NCBI GenBank assembly: GCA_016838885.1
Contig: JAEKNW010000215.1
Location: 1-52,457 of the forward strand
Direction of reading: 5' to 3'
Origin: Candidatus Cloacimonadota bacterium
GTDB taxonomy: Bacteria > Cloacimonadota > Cloacimonadia > Cloacimonadales > JAFGVF01
Length of the DNA: 52,457 nucleotides
Of this stretch, positions 9,619-18,545 are shown in pieces (within the stretch, counting starts at the first letter, position 1; each line of letters opens with the position of its first letter). A program made the position numbers and the translations under genes. The notes below the pieces were generated by a model. That model was not told the origin of the DNA. It saw only the letters and a list, made by a program, of their open reading frames with translations, and ran no database searches.

Positions 9619-10746
9619 ATGGGAAAATATACTCTTACCGGCTCACAAGAATTTGATAATATGATCGATGACCAACTTAAAATGGTAACTGAAGAGATTT
9701 TAAACCTTATTCCACCCGATGATATCGCAGCAATTCTCTTAGGTGGTGGTTATGGACGAGGTGAAGGTGGGGTATTAATAGAAAATAACAAAGAATTTCT
9801 CTATAATGATTATGACCTCTTTGTTATCCTAAAAAATGTTAATTTGTTGAAAAAAAGAGATTACCAAAATAGAATCCATCTTATTCATGAGAAGTTTACT
9901 CCCCTCGTTAAAATTGATGTCGATGTAGGTCCCCTCCAAACTGTCAATGCTATTTCAAAGGCTCCCCATTGGATGATGTGGTATGAACTAAAAAATGGTT
10001 TCAAACTTCTCTGGGGAAACCAATCAATTAGAAGCTATTTCCCTGATTACCCCCACGATAAAATGCCATTAATGGAAGCATATAGACTTCTTCTAAACAG
10101 AGGAGTTGGCTTGTTACTCTGTAAACAACACTTTGAAACTTATGAAGAGACAGAATCTCAAGAGTTTATTCTCAGAAATATTAGAAAGGCTCAATTGGCT
10201 ATGGGTGATGCTTACCTAATTAAAAAGAAAAGCTTCCATTACTCTTACAAAAAACGAGATGAAATTTTCTCTGAACTGGAAAATGATCAAGATATGATTA
10301 ACTTAAATATCTATAATCATTACAAAATAGCCTACCAATTTAAAGAAAAACCACATAAACCTAATTTAACTAAAGAAGAGTATTTATCAGAATATCACAA
10401 TCTTCTTACAATCTATGAATCACTCTATAACTGGATATTTACTAATGAGGTCTCTGATAAACTAAACTTGGAGACCTATCAGAAAATCTTGAATGAGATA
10501 TTTACAGAAAAGAGAAATCTACCAGATTTATTTAAAAACATTTGCAAAAGTATAAAAATCAACTATTCTAAATTCGATATTAATTTAATATCTAAACACC
10601 CACGTTATAGATTGTTTATGACCTTACCGTATTTTTTGTTTAATCAACAAAATATTAGTTGCCAAAAACTACTTAGCTGTAATAATTGTAGTAATGAAAA
10701 AGATTTACTAAAATTCTTCTTTAATTTGTGGGAAAAAAATAATTAG
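9619..10746 (+). CDS. Pol-beta superfamily nucleotidyltransferase-like protein
   Basis: LGGGYGRGEGG followed by NDYDL (hG[GS]..DxD) and a later DVD; helical C-terminal part. Confidence 0.65.
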   Translation: MGKYTLTGSQEFDNMIDDQLKMVTEEILNLIPPDDIAAILLGGGYGRGEGGVLIENNKEFLYNDYDLFVILKNVNLLKKRDYQNRIHLIHEKFTPLVKIDVDVGPLQTVNAISKAPHWMMWYELKNGFKLLWGNQSIRSYFPDYPHDKMPLMEAYRLLLNRGVGLLLCKQHFETYEETESQEFILRNIRKAQLAMGDAYLIKKKSFHYSYKKRDEIFSELENDQDMINLNIYNHYKIAYQFKEKPHKPNLTKEEYLSEYHNLLTIYESLYNWIFTNEVSDKLNLETYQKILNEIFTEKRNLPDLFKNICKSIKINYSKFDINLISKHPRYRLFMTLPYFLFNQQNISCQKLLSCNNCSNEKDLLKFFFNLWEKNN

Positions 10747-10760
10747 GATAATAAAACATA

Positions 10761-12785
10761 ATGATAGATGAAAATAAAATTAGTGAGATTGAACAGCATA
10801 AAAAAGATGCTGAGCTAGAAGAGAAATCTCCTTTAGTTATAGATAAAAGAGTCTTATTGATCTCTTTTAGGTCTAAACTCAAGTGGATTATTCTTATTAC
10901 TCTCTCTTTCATGGTTCTTGTTTCTATCATTGTTTCAATTAAGGTTAAACCTGTTTGGCGAGCTAATTGTCGCGTCATTAGAATGCAGAAAAATATCTCT
11001 ACTCCTACTGATATGCCCTACCTCTATAATGCTTTTGATATTAACACAATTCTTGAAACTGCACGCTCACGTCCTATTATTCTTTCTATCATGAAAAAGT
11101 TGGATATGAAAGGTTATGAACCAGAAGACGTTGGAAGAATGATAGAAGTACAGAGAGGTAATCGTTCCAATGTGCTAAGTTTCAGCGTTACAGACAGTGA
11201 TCCTGAAAGAGCTGTTGAAATGGCCAATATTCTTGGAGAAACCTTCATTGAAACAAGCACCAGACTTCAAAACGCCAGTGCTGATAGCGTCTATAACTAC
11301 TATTACCAAGAAAGAGAAAAAAGTTTAGCTAATATCGCAAGACTGGAAAAAAGTATCTTAGAATTTCAAAAAGAAAATGATGTAATATCCATAGATTCTG
11401 AACGTGATCAATTATACGAAAAGTTAAAACTTGTTGAAGTTAGAAAAATCGAGTCTCTTATGAAAATCGATGAGATGAGAGTTAAAATTTCCGATTTAGA
11501 AAAGAAAATGGCTGAACTTCCTCAAGAAGTGATGATGACTTGGACATTCACTAATACAGACGAAAAGAAGCTGATTCTACTTAAAAAAGAGTTGGAACTT
11601 CTTATGACTCGTTATACTACTATTAATCCTAAGGTGCAGAATCTTCAAGCTGAGATAGATACCTTAGAATTAAAGATTGCTAATCCTGACAGAGCACCAG
11701 AACCGCCCGATAATACAAGTTGGGGACCAAATGGGTTGATTCAAACTTATGAAGTAGATAAGACTCGTTACGAAGGAGAATTAAAGGCTGCTAGAGCTAA
11801 TCTTATAGGTTATAATAACGAAATAAAGGGAATTAAAAATAACTTAATCCATTTTAATACCATCAATGATAATCATTTAGAACTTCAAAGACAGCTTGAG
11901 TTAAGCAAAGATGTTTTAAGAATTATTGAAGGAAGAATTGCAGAATCAAGGATGGCTCTTGATACTAATACTAATGATTTCCAATTGTTTGAACGTGCTG
12001 TTATGCCTAAATATCCTGTCAATATTAGTAAGAAAATTATTGTCTTAGGTTCTGGTATGTTTATGGGATTCATTCTCTTAGTATTCTTCATTGGTAAAGA
12101 ACTCTTTGATTTCAGAGTTAAATCAAAACTTGATTATGAGAAGTATATTGGGATTCCATTACTTGGTCAAATACCTTCTGAAGAGGGAGCTAATGCCAAT
12201 AAATTCTATGCTAACTTGCAATTCATGCTTGATAATCTGTTTGATGTCATTAAAGGGGTCCCAAAACCACCAATTATTACTATTGGTAGTGTTAATCCTG
12301 AAACAGGTAAGTCATTTCTTATGAATGAGTTTAGTAAGATGTTAGGCTCTACTTCTAAGGTGTTAATAATTGAGTGTGTCAAAGATTTATCCATTGAAAT
12401 AGAAGATTATGAAATCAATACTTATCTAGATGACGATAAACCTTTTGAAGTGAAAGAGATTTCAGCAAATATTAATAAATGTTATTTCTGGACTGGAGAA
12501 CAAATCTTCAAGAAGATGTATAAAACAAGCGACTTCCATAAACTTTATGGTCTTTTTATGGACTATGATTACATCCTTTGGGAATTATTCCCGTCAAATT
12601 ATAATATCCAACTCTACCATGCAGTTACTAAATCTGCAGATGCTAATTTGTTAGTTGGAAGATTTAGATATTCTCCAAAAACTGATTTATTTAATTTGGT
12701 TAATTATCTTCATGAAAAAGATGTTCAAAAAGTATATGGAATACTTAACAATATTCCTAAAGAGTATTACGTGGAAACTTTGTAG
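10761..12785 (+). CDS. Wzc/GumC-like polysaccharide co-polymerase
   Basis: Two TM segments flanking a long coiled-coil periplasmic region, YTTINPKV, IPLLGQIP; degenerate kinase C-terminus. Confidence 0.8.
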   Translation: MIDENKISEIEQHKKDAELEEKSPLVIDKRVLLISFRSKLKWIILITLSFMVLVSIIVSIKVKPVWRANCRVIRMQKNISTPTDMPYLYNAFDINTILETARSRPIILSIMKKLDMKGYEPEDVGRMIEVQRGNRSNVLSFSVTDSDPERAVEMANILGETFIETSTRLQNASADSVYNYYYQEREKSLANIARLEKSILEFQKENDVISIDSERDQLYEKLKLVEVRKIESLMKIDEMRVKISDLEKKMAELPQEVMMTWTFTNTDEKKLILLKKELELLMTRYTTINPKVQNLQAEIDTLELKIANPDRAPEPPDNTSWGPNGLIQTYEVDKTRYEGELKAARANLIGYNNEIKGIKNNLIHFNTINDNHLELQRQLELSKDVLRIIEGRIAESRMALDTNTNDFQLFERAVMPKYPVNISKKIIVLGSGMFMGFILLVFFIGKELFDFRVKSKLDYEKYIGIPLLGQIPSEEGANANKFYANLQFMLDNLFDVIKGVPKPPIITIGSVNPETGKSFLMNEFSKMLGSTSKVLIIECVKDLSIEIEDYEINTYLDDDKPFEVKEISANINKCYFWTGEQIFKKMYKTSDFHKLYGLFMDYDYILWELFPSNYNIQLYHAVTKSADANLLVGRFRYSPKTDLFNLVNYLHEKDVQKVYGILNNIPKEYYVETL

Positions 12786-12791
12786 GTTAAT

Positions 12792-13838
12792 ATGAATAAA
12801 ATAAAAATTATCTTATTTCTGATCTTGGTTCTTGTTATTGTAAGTTGTAGTAAAGAGGCATATATTGAAGAGAATATTGATGTCCCGGGAGAATACTTAG
12901 AAGAATCTTCTGTATCTACCCAGGAGGATCAGCAAACTATTGATGAGCTAACAAAGCTGCAACAAGTAAAAATGCCAACATATTTGATTGGCCCTGATGA
13001 TAAGTTTCATGCTTATGTCTATAATGAAGAAGATTTAAACACTAAAGAGCTTATTGTTAAGCGTGATGGAACTCTTACATTTCCCTTGATAGGAGAAGTA
13101 CATGTCGAAGGTTTAGAGCTGGAAGAGGCTACTAAGCTTATTAAGCAAAAACTTGAAGCTTATATCACTCATCCTGAAGTTACTATTATCCCTTATGAAA
13201 TAAATAGTGGAACAGTAACTATCCTGGGGAAGGTAACTTATCCTCAACAATATCAAATCAAAGGCGAAATGAGAATATTGGATTTAATTGCTAATGCCGG
13301 TGGTTTAGCTTTAGGTTATTTTCAAAATAATTCTATTGAATTAGCAGATTTAGAAAGATCCTTCATAGTCCGTAATAACAAAGTTTTACCTATTGACTTC
13401 TATGCTCTTATTAAACAGGGAAATATGCTTAATAATATTCCTCTCATGGGAGGAGATTACATCTATCTTCCATCATCAATTAATAGGGAAGTTTATGTTG
13501 TTGGTGAAGTGTTAGAGCAAGGTCATTTTGCCTTCAAAGAGAATATGACACTAGGACAAGTTATAGCTTATGCTCAAGGGTTGAAACCTTCTGCAAAGAC
13601 TTCAACTGTTTATTTAGTGAGAGGAAACTTAAAACACCCAAGATTATTTAAGATTAATTTGGATGCTATCTATCAAGGCAAGATTATGGACTTTAGATTA
13701 AAGCCCAATGATATTGTTTATGTCCCTAAAACCCCTATTGCTAGCTGGAACTTAGTATTAGAACAGATACTTCCAAGTTTACAAGCTGTTCAAACAGGCT
13801 ATATACTGCAAAATATTATTGAAGATACTAACAATTAA
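12792..13838 (+). CDS. wza: Wza-like polysaccharide export lipoprotein (Poly_export + SLBB)
   Basis: Lipobox IVSC, YLIGPDD, DGTLTFPLIGEV, repeated SLBB motifs (VYVVGEV, DIVYVP). Confidence 0.88.
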   Translation: MNKIKIILFLILVLVIVSCSKEAYIEENIDVPGEYLEESSVSTQEDQQTIDELTKLQQVKMPTYLIGPDDKFHAYVYNEEDLNTKELIVKRDGTLTFPLIGEVHVEGLELEEATKLIKQKLEAYITHPEVTIIPYEINSGTVTILGKVTYPQQYQIKGEMRILDLIANAGGLALGYFQNNSIELADLERSFIVRNNKVLPIDFYALIKQGNMLNNIPLMGGDYIYLPSSINREVYVVGEVLEQGHFAFKENMTLGQVIAYAQGLKPSAKTSTVYLVRGNLKHPRLFKINLDAIYQGKIMDFRLKPNDIVYVPKTPIASWNLVLEQILPSLQAVQTGYILQNIIEDTNN

Positions 13839-13843
13839 GTATC

Positions 13844-15196
13844 ATGACTGAAGCCTTAAGTGCCTTTAAGTATGTAATTTTCTTTGCTGTGATGCTGATT
13901 GGAGTGCCATTAGGCTATTCTTTTTCGCTTAAATATGATAAGGTAGAGAGGGCTATATTTTTCTTAATGGTGTTTTTTACTGTTAAGATGGAAGATATCA
14001 ATTTCGTTTCAAGAGAAACAGAGAGGTTAACTTCCAAGGGTTTTGAGATTGGGATGGTTGATATTTGTACAATGATTATCTTTCTTGTAGTTATGCACAA
14101 GAAAGGTATCAAAAACAGAATTCCCAAAGGGGCTCATTGGTATTTTGTTTATTTTGGCTTAAGTGTAATATCCATAATTAATGCTGATTTTGTTCTTTTT
14201 TCTATGTTTGAAGTATGGAAAATGATCAGAATGTACTTTTATTTTTGGACTATCTATAATTATATTGATACAGATAAGAAGTATTTTGATTTTCTCAAAG
14301 GTGTAGCTGCCATTACCGTTTTTGTATTTTATGAAGTGATTAAGCAGAAGTATTTAGATGGGAAGTTTCAAACTGCGGGTCCTTTCCCGCATCAGAATTC
14401 GCTTGTGATGTATATGATTATCTATGGTTCCATTGCCTTTTCTTATCTAATTAACAAAGCTGACTTAGCTATAGATAAATTAGTTGTCTGGTTGATGATT
14501 TTTGGGATGTCATCAGTATCAGTTATTTCCACCCTGTCTCGGGCAGGGTTAGCTTTATATGCTTTTGCCATTGTAATTGTTTTAGGTTTATCCTTTTTTA
14601 ATGGGTTTAATCCGAAGAAGATTGCAGTTACTTTTCTGTTGATTATTATGAGTTTAGCAGTTTTAGCAAAAGCTTGGGATTCAATCACGGAGCGCTTTAG
14701 CACAGCACCAGAAGAATCTGCCTTGGTGCGGGTTTCTTTAGCTCAAGCAGCAGTGAAGATGGCTGGCGATAAGAAGTTAGGTTATATGGGGGTGGGATTA
14801 AATAATTTTGGTAGAGCGATTAACCCTCCATATCCCTATAGTTCACATATTGAGATGCATGATGAAGAAGATGAAGAGGAGAGAAATGGTTTAGTAGAGA
14901 CCATTTATTTAATGATAGCTGCTGAATCCGGGTGGCACACATTAGTATTCTTCTTTGTATTTCTCTTTTATTATTACTTCTTGAACTTAGTAAATGTCTT
15001 TAGATATAAAGGGAGCAACCTGCAATTCCTGTCCATAGGATTAGTTGGAGGCTTGTTAGCAATTTATATTGAGTCTGGTTTAGAATGGGTGTTAAAGCAG
15101 ACGAATAACTTCTATCAATTGATGTTGATTTTTGCTTTAATTGCATCAATGGATAGGCTATATCATATAAAAGTTAGAAAGGGTGAATTGAAATGA
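13844..15196 (+). CDS. O-antigen ligase/Wzy polymerase family protein
   Basis: Many TM segments, GPFPHQN, TLSRAG, GVGLNNF, AAESG. Confidence 0.8.
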   Translation: MTEALSAFKYVIFFAVMLIGVPLGYSFSLKYDKVERAIFFLMVFFTVKMEDINFVSRETERLTSKGFEIGMVDICTMIIFLVVMHKKGIKNRIPKGAHWYFVYFGLSVISIINADFVLFSMFEVWKMIRMYFYFWTIYNYIDTDKKYFDFLKGVAAITVFVFYEVIKQKYLDGKFQTAGPFPHQNSLVMYMIIYGSIAFSYLINKADLAIDKLVVWLMIFGMSSVSVISTLSRAGLALYAFAIVIVLGLSFFNGFNPKKIAVTFLLIIMSLAVLAKAWDSITERFSTAPEESALVRVSLAQAAVKMAGDKKLGYMGVGLNNFGRAINPPYPYSSHIEMHDEEDEEERNGLVETIYLMIAAESGWHTLVFFFVFLFYYYFLNLVNVFRYKGSNLQFLSIGLVGGLLAIYIESGLEWVLKQTNNFYQLMLIFALIASMDRLYHIKVRKGELK

Positions 15197-15600
15197 GGAC
15201 ACCACAAGAAGAACAAGAAAAGAATATTAAACAGATAGGAAGCGATAGATTTAGAGAGAACTTGAATATTGAACAGCGTAATCAGCTTAAATCTATGTTG
15301 AAAAAGATGTTACCTCCTGTTCCTTCCATTGGTATTATAGATATTAGGTTTTCTTTTTGGTTTTTTAGGCAATGGTATGTAGTTTTTATTTTTGGTAGAG
15401 ATACTCGAGAAGGGTTTAAGACTCTTGATAAAGGTGATGTTGATAGATCATTAAGTATTGTAGCGAAAGCAACAACGTATATAGTTATGATGATTACTAT
15501 TCTGATAATGTTGTTATTCTTACTTTATGCTTTAAAGAGTGTGATTGGAATAGATTTGTTTCCAGACAAGCATTTAAGTGATTTTTTGCCTTGGAAATAG
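15193..15600 (+). CDS. Hypothetical membrane protein in the EPS operon
   Basis: ATGA overlap with the upstream gene; C-terminal TM segment; no family recognised. Confidence 0.6.
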   Translation: MRTPQEEQEKNIKQIGSDRFRENLNIEQRNQLKSMLKKMLPPVPSIGIIDIRFSFWFFRQWYVVFIFGRDTREGFKTLDKGDVDRSLSIVAKATTYIVMMITILIMLLFLLYALKSVIGIDLFPDKHLSDFLPWK

Positions 15601-15618
15601 AGTGGAGATGGAGTATTA

Positions 15619-16575
15619 ATGAAATATAATAAAACAGTTGTTACAGCATGTGATAGTAATTATATTTGGGGTGCTTATATCTTAGTTGCCTCCCTATGTT
15701 ATTTTAATGTAAAGAGTTATAAAAAGGTTTTAGGAATTATATTAACTGAAGAGGAACAAGAATTGCTCAATCAATTTCCGGATACACAAGTAGTAAATAG
15801 TAATCGGGAGACAGATAAGAGTGTTTGTTTAATGAAGCCCCATGCTTTTTTCTCTGCTGAGACAGATTTGATAGCTTGGATGGATTCTGATTGTATTGTT
15901 ACCGGAGATGTTACGGATTTTATTGAAGTTGAGGATGATGAGCTTCAGATTAGGTTTAGGTCTTTTGAAGAGAATTCAGGAGTTTATCGTAATTATTATG
16001 GAAAGAATGACGAACCAGGCTTAATACCCCATAAAGTTCTTGATACATGGAGAGTAGATGTTAATGATTATGATGACCCTCAAATATCAACCGTATGTGA
16101 AACGAATTGTTTTGTTATCAGGAAAAAGAACCTAGACTTTATTCAACTATGGAAAACTCAGATGGAGAAGGTGATTATAGATAATAACTTACAGGTTTAT
16201 GATAAAAATAGTGTGGGTTATTTCATGACGGATGAATCTGTTTTAAATTCATTAATGGCTTACTCAAGCAAAGCTTTAAAGGTAAAAGAATATCAATTTG
16301 ATAAAGATAAAAGCAAATTATTAGTTCACTTTGGTTTAAATCCTAAACCTTGGATACATTGGACAAAGCGTGGATTGTTACATTATGATTTAACAATGGA
16401 GATTCTTGATTGGTGCAAAAGGCAGGGATATAAGTTACCTCCTTTTCCATCATCTTTTAGACCAAATAATAAATATAAAGAGCTCTTAATGGCTAATATC
16501 AGACATTATTTTAACTCTTTTAAATACCGAGTTTCTACTACTCTTCACAGTTTTCATAGAAAGGTAAGAAATTAA
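15619..16575 (+). CDS. GT-A fold glycosyltransferase-like protein (GT8-like)
   Basis: TACDSNY start, WMDSDC (DxD), DESVLN, HFGLNPKPW resemble GT8 motifs. Confidence 0.6.
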   Translation: MKYNKTVVTACDSNYIWGAYILVASLCYFNVKSYKKVLGIILTEEEQELLNQFPDTQVVNSNRETDKSVCLMKPHAFFSAETDLIAWMDSDCIVTGDVTDFIEVEDDELQIRFRSFEENSGVYRNYYGKNDEPGLIPHKVLDTWRVDVNDYDDPQISTVCETNCFVIRKKNLDFIQLWKTQMEKVIIDNNLQVYDKNSVGYFMTDESVLNSLMAYSSKALKVKEYQFDKDKSKLLVHFGLNPKPWIHWTKRGLLHYDLTMEILDWCKRQGYKLPPFPSSFRPNNKYKELLMANIRHYFNSFKYRVSTTLHSFHRKVRN

Positions 16576-16577
16576 CA

Positions 16578-17726
16578 ATGAAGATATTAATTATTTCCAA
16601 CTATTACCCACCTCATTTTAAGGGAGGATATGAATTATCCTGTTATGAAGTAACAACTTATTTATATGAACAGGGTGAGGATGTCTTGGTTTTATGTGGA
16701 GATTATCTAAAGAATGAGCCTGATAATCGTAGCAATTATAGAGTTGTTCGTAAGTTAAAATACATAGATTATTTGAGTGATGATTATTGGAACAAGAGTA
16801 AGGTTGAAAAAGATAATTATGAAATGACAACTAGAATTCTTGATGAATTTGAACCTGATTTTGTTTATTTCTGGAATCAACAATATCTCTCTCTAGCACC
16901 CTATTGGGCTGTTAAGAGAAGAAAGATAGCTCATGTATTTGATATTGGGGATGTATGGCCTTTAAAGTATTATAGAGAGGGTTTCAAGGCAAAGGTGAAG
17001 TCTTTTATCAAGAGATTGTTACCTAATTTCAGAGATGCCAAGATGGAGGTTAATCCTGTGATTATCTTATCTGAATGGATGCGACCATTGTTTGTTGAGA
17101 AATTTGGGTCTAAGGAAATCTATAATATTCCTAGAGGGGTAAAGCTCAAAGAAGATCTTCAAATAAACTCAAAAGCTGATGATATCAAGCTGATGTTTGC
17201 TGGAAGAATCGAGCCTCTCAAGGGACTTGAGCTGATTATCAATGTTCTCTCAGGCTTACAAGCTTATAAATGGACATTAGATGTTTATGGTGATGGAGAT
17301 GAAGATTATCTAGAGAGAATAAAATTACTTATTACAGAGAAGTCTTTAGGCCAAAGGGTAATTCTCAAAGGCAAGCTATATCCTTTAGATGAAGCTTACC
17401 AGACTCATGATGTTTTTCTCTTTCCTACTTTAGCAAAAGAGGGCTTTGGTCGGGTTGCTATTGAAGCAATGTCTTATGGTCTTCCTGTTCTTACGGTTAA
17501 TAAGTATGGTCCCAATGATATAGTAGAAGACGGATATAATGGATATAAGGCTTCTCCAAGTGATCTTTCTGCTTGGGCAAATAATTTAAAACAAATATTG
17601 TCAGATAAGGATTTATTGATTAAAATGTCTAATAATGCCCTAGAAACAGTCAAAAATAAATATGATATTGAACTTATCAACAAACAAAGATATGATATTA
17701 TAAAAGATATTTACTACTCAAAATGA
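16578..17726 (+). CDS. GT4 family glycosyltransferase
   Basis: YPPHFKGGYE, FAGRIEPLKG, EGFGRVAIEAM. Confidence 0.9.
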   Translation: MKILIISNYYPPHFKGGYELSCYEVTTYLYEQGEDVLVLCGDYLKNEPDNRSNYRVVRKLKYIDYLSDDYWNKSKVEKDNYEMTTRILDEFEPDFVYFWNQQYLSLAPYWAVKRRKIAHVFDIGDVWPLKYYREGFKAKVKSFIKRLLPNFRDAKMEVNPVIILSEWMRPLFVEKFGSKEIYNIPRGVKLKEDLQINSKADDIKLMFAGRIEPLKGLELIINVLSGLQAYKWTLDVYGDGDEDYLERIKLLITEKSLGQRVILKGKLYPLDEAYQTHDVFLFPTLAKEGFGRVAIEAMSYGLPVLTVNKYGPNDIVEDGYNGYKASPSDLSAWANNLKQILSDKDLLIKMSNNALETVKNKYDIELINKQRYDIIKDIYYSK

Positions 17727-17733
17727 GGTTTTT

Positions 17734-18543
17734 ATGATTAAAGCACTTAAGATAGTTAACTTGTTATTACTTTTTTCTTTTATTGCTGGATGTGCTCCTT
17801 ATCGGAAGTCAATCTACATTCCTAAGGGTGTATTTGAAGAGAAAATTCTTATTCGCTCTGAACCTACAGAGGCCATGGTTTATATTAATGGACGCCAAGT
17901 GGGGGAGACTCCCTTTCGGACATCTCTATTTTATGCTGAAGATAGGTTAATCAACATCAAAGCAGTTCCTATTTATCCTAATCAATTTACCCAGAATATC
18001 TTTGTCAGGGTTCCTCCTATACCTAAGACAATGACTATCTATATGAATGAGAAACCGAACTTTATTTTTGAGACAGAGGATGAGGAAGTTACTCCTCCTG
18101 ACAAGCGACCTCCTGTCGAGCTTGTGAGATATGACACTCTTTATGTAGATAGAATTTCATATTATACAACTCCTACTATTTATTTTGAGTTTGATAAGGT
18201 TGATATAAATAGAGATGATTCTGCTAAGTTAAGAAATCTGGTTCAATTTTTGAAAAAGAACCCGGAAATTTATGTTGATATTCTTGGTGCTGCTGATGTT
18301 AGAGGAGGAGATAGCTATAATATAACTCTTTCTCTGAATAGAAGTAAGGCTGTTGCAGATTTTCTTAATAAGTATGGTATCCCACAAGATAGGCTATATA
18401 CTAGGGGTGTAGGTAGAACAACAATTTATGATGAGTTAGGAAAAGCTATGTCTCATCAGGAGAGTAGGACTGTTATCTTTAATTTATATGTTAACAGGGA
18501 TGATTTTGAAAAAATGAAAAGAGAGTATGAGGATAAGGACTAA
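17734..18543 (+). CDS. PEGA + OmpA-like domain lipoprotein
   Basis: Lipobox IAGC; IRSEPTEAMVYINGRQVGETP (PEGA); IYFEFDK..GAAD..YNITLSLNRS (OmpA C-terminal). Confidence 0.85.
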   Translation: MIKALKIVNLLLLFSFIAGCAPYRKSIYIPKGVFEEKILIRSEPTEAMVYINGRQVGETPFRTSLFYAEDRLINIKAVPIYPNQFTQNIFVRVPPIPKTMTIYMNEKPNFIFETEDEEVTPPDKRPPVELVRYDTLYVDRISYYTTPTIYFEFDKVDINRDDSAKLRNLVQFLKKNPEIYVDILGAADVRGGDSYNITLSLNRSKAVADFLNKYGIPQDRLYTRGVGRTTIYDELGKAMSHQESRTVIFNLYVNRDDFEKMKREYEDKD

Positions 18544-18545
18544 TA

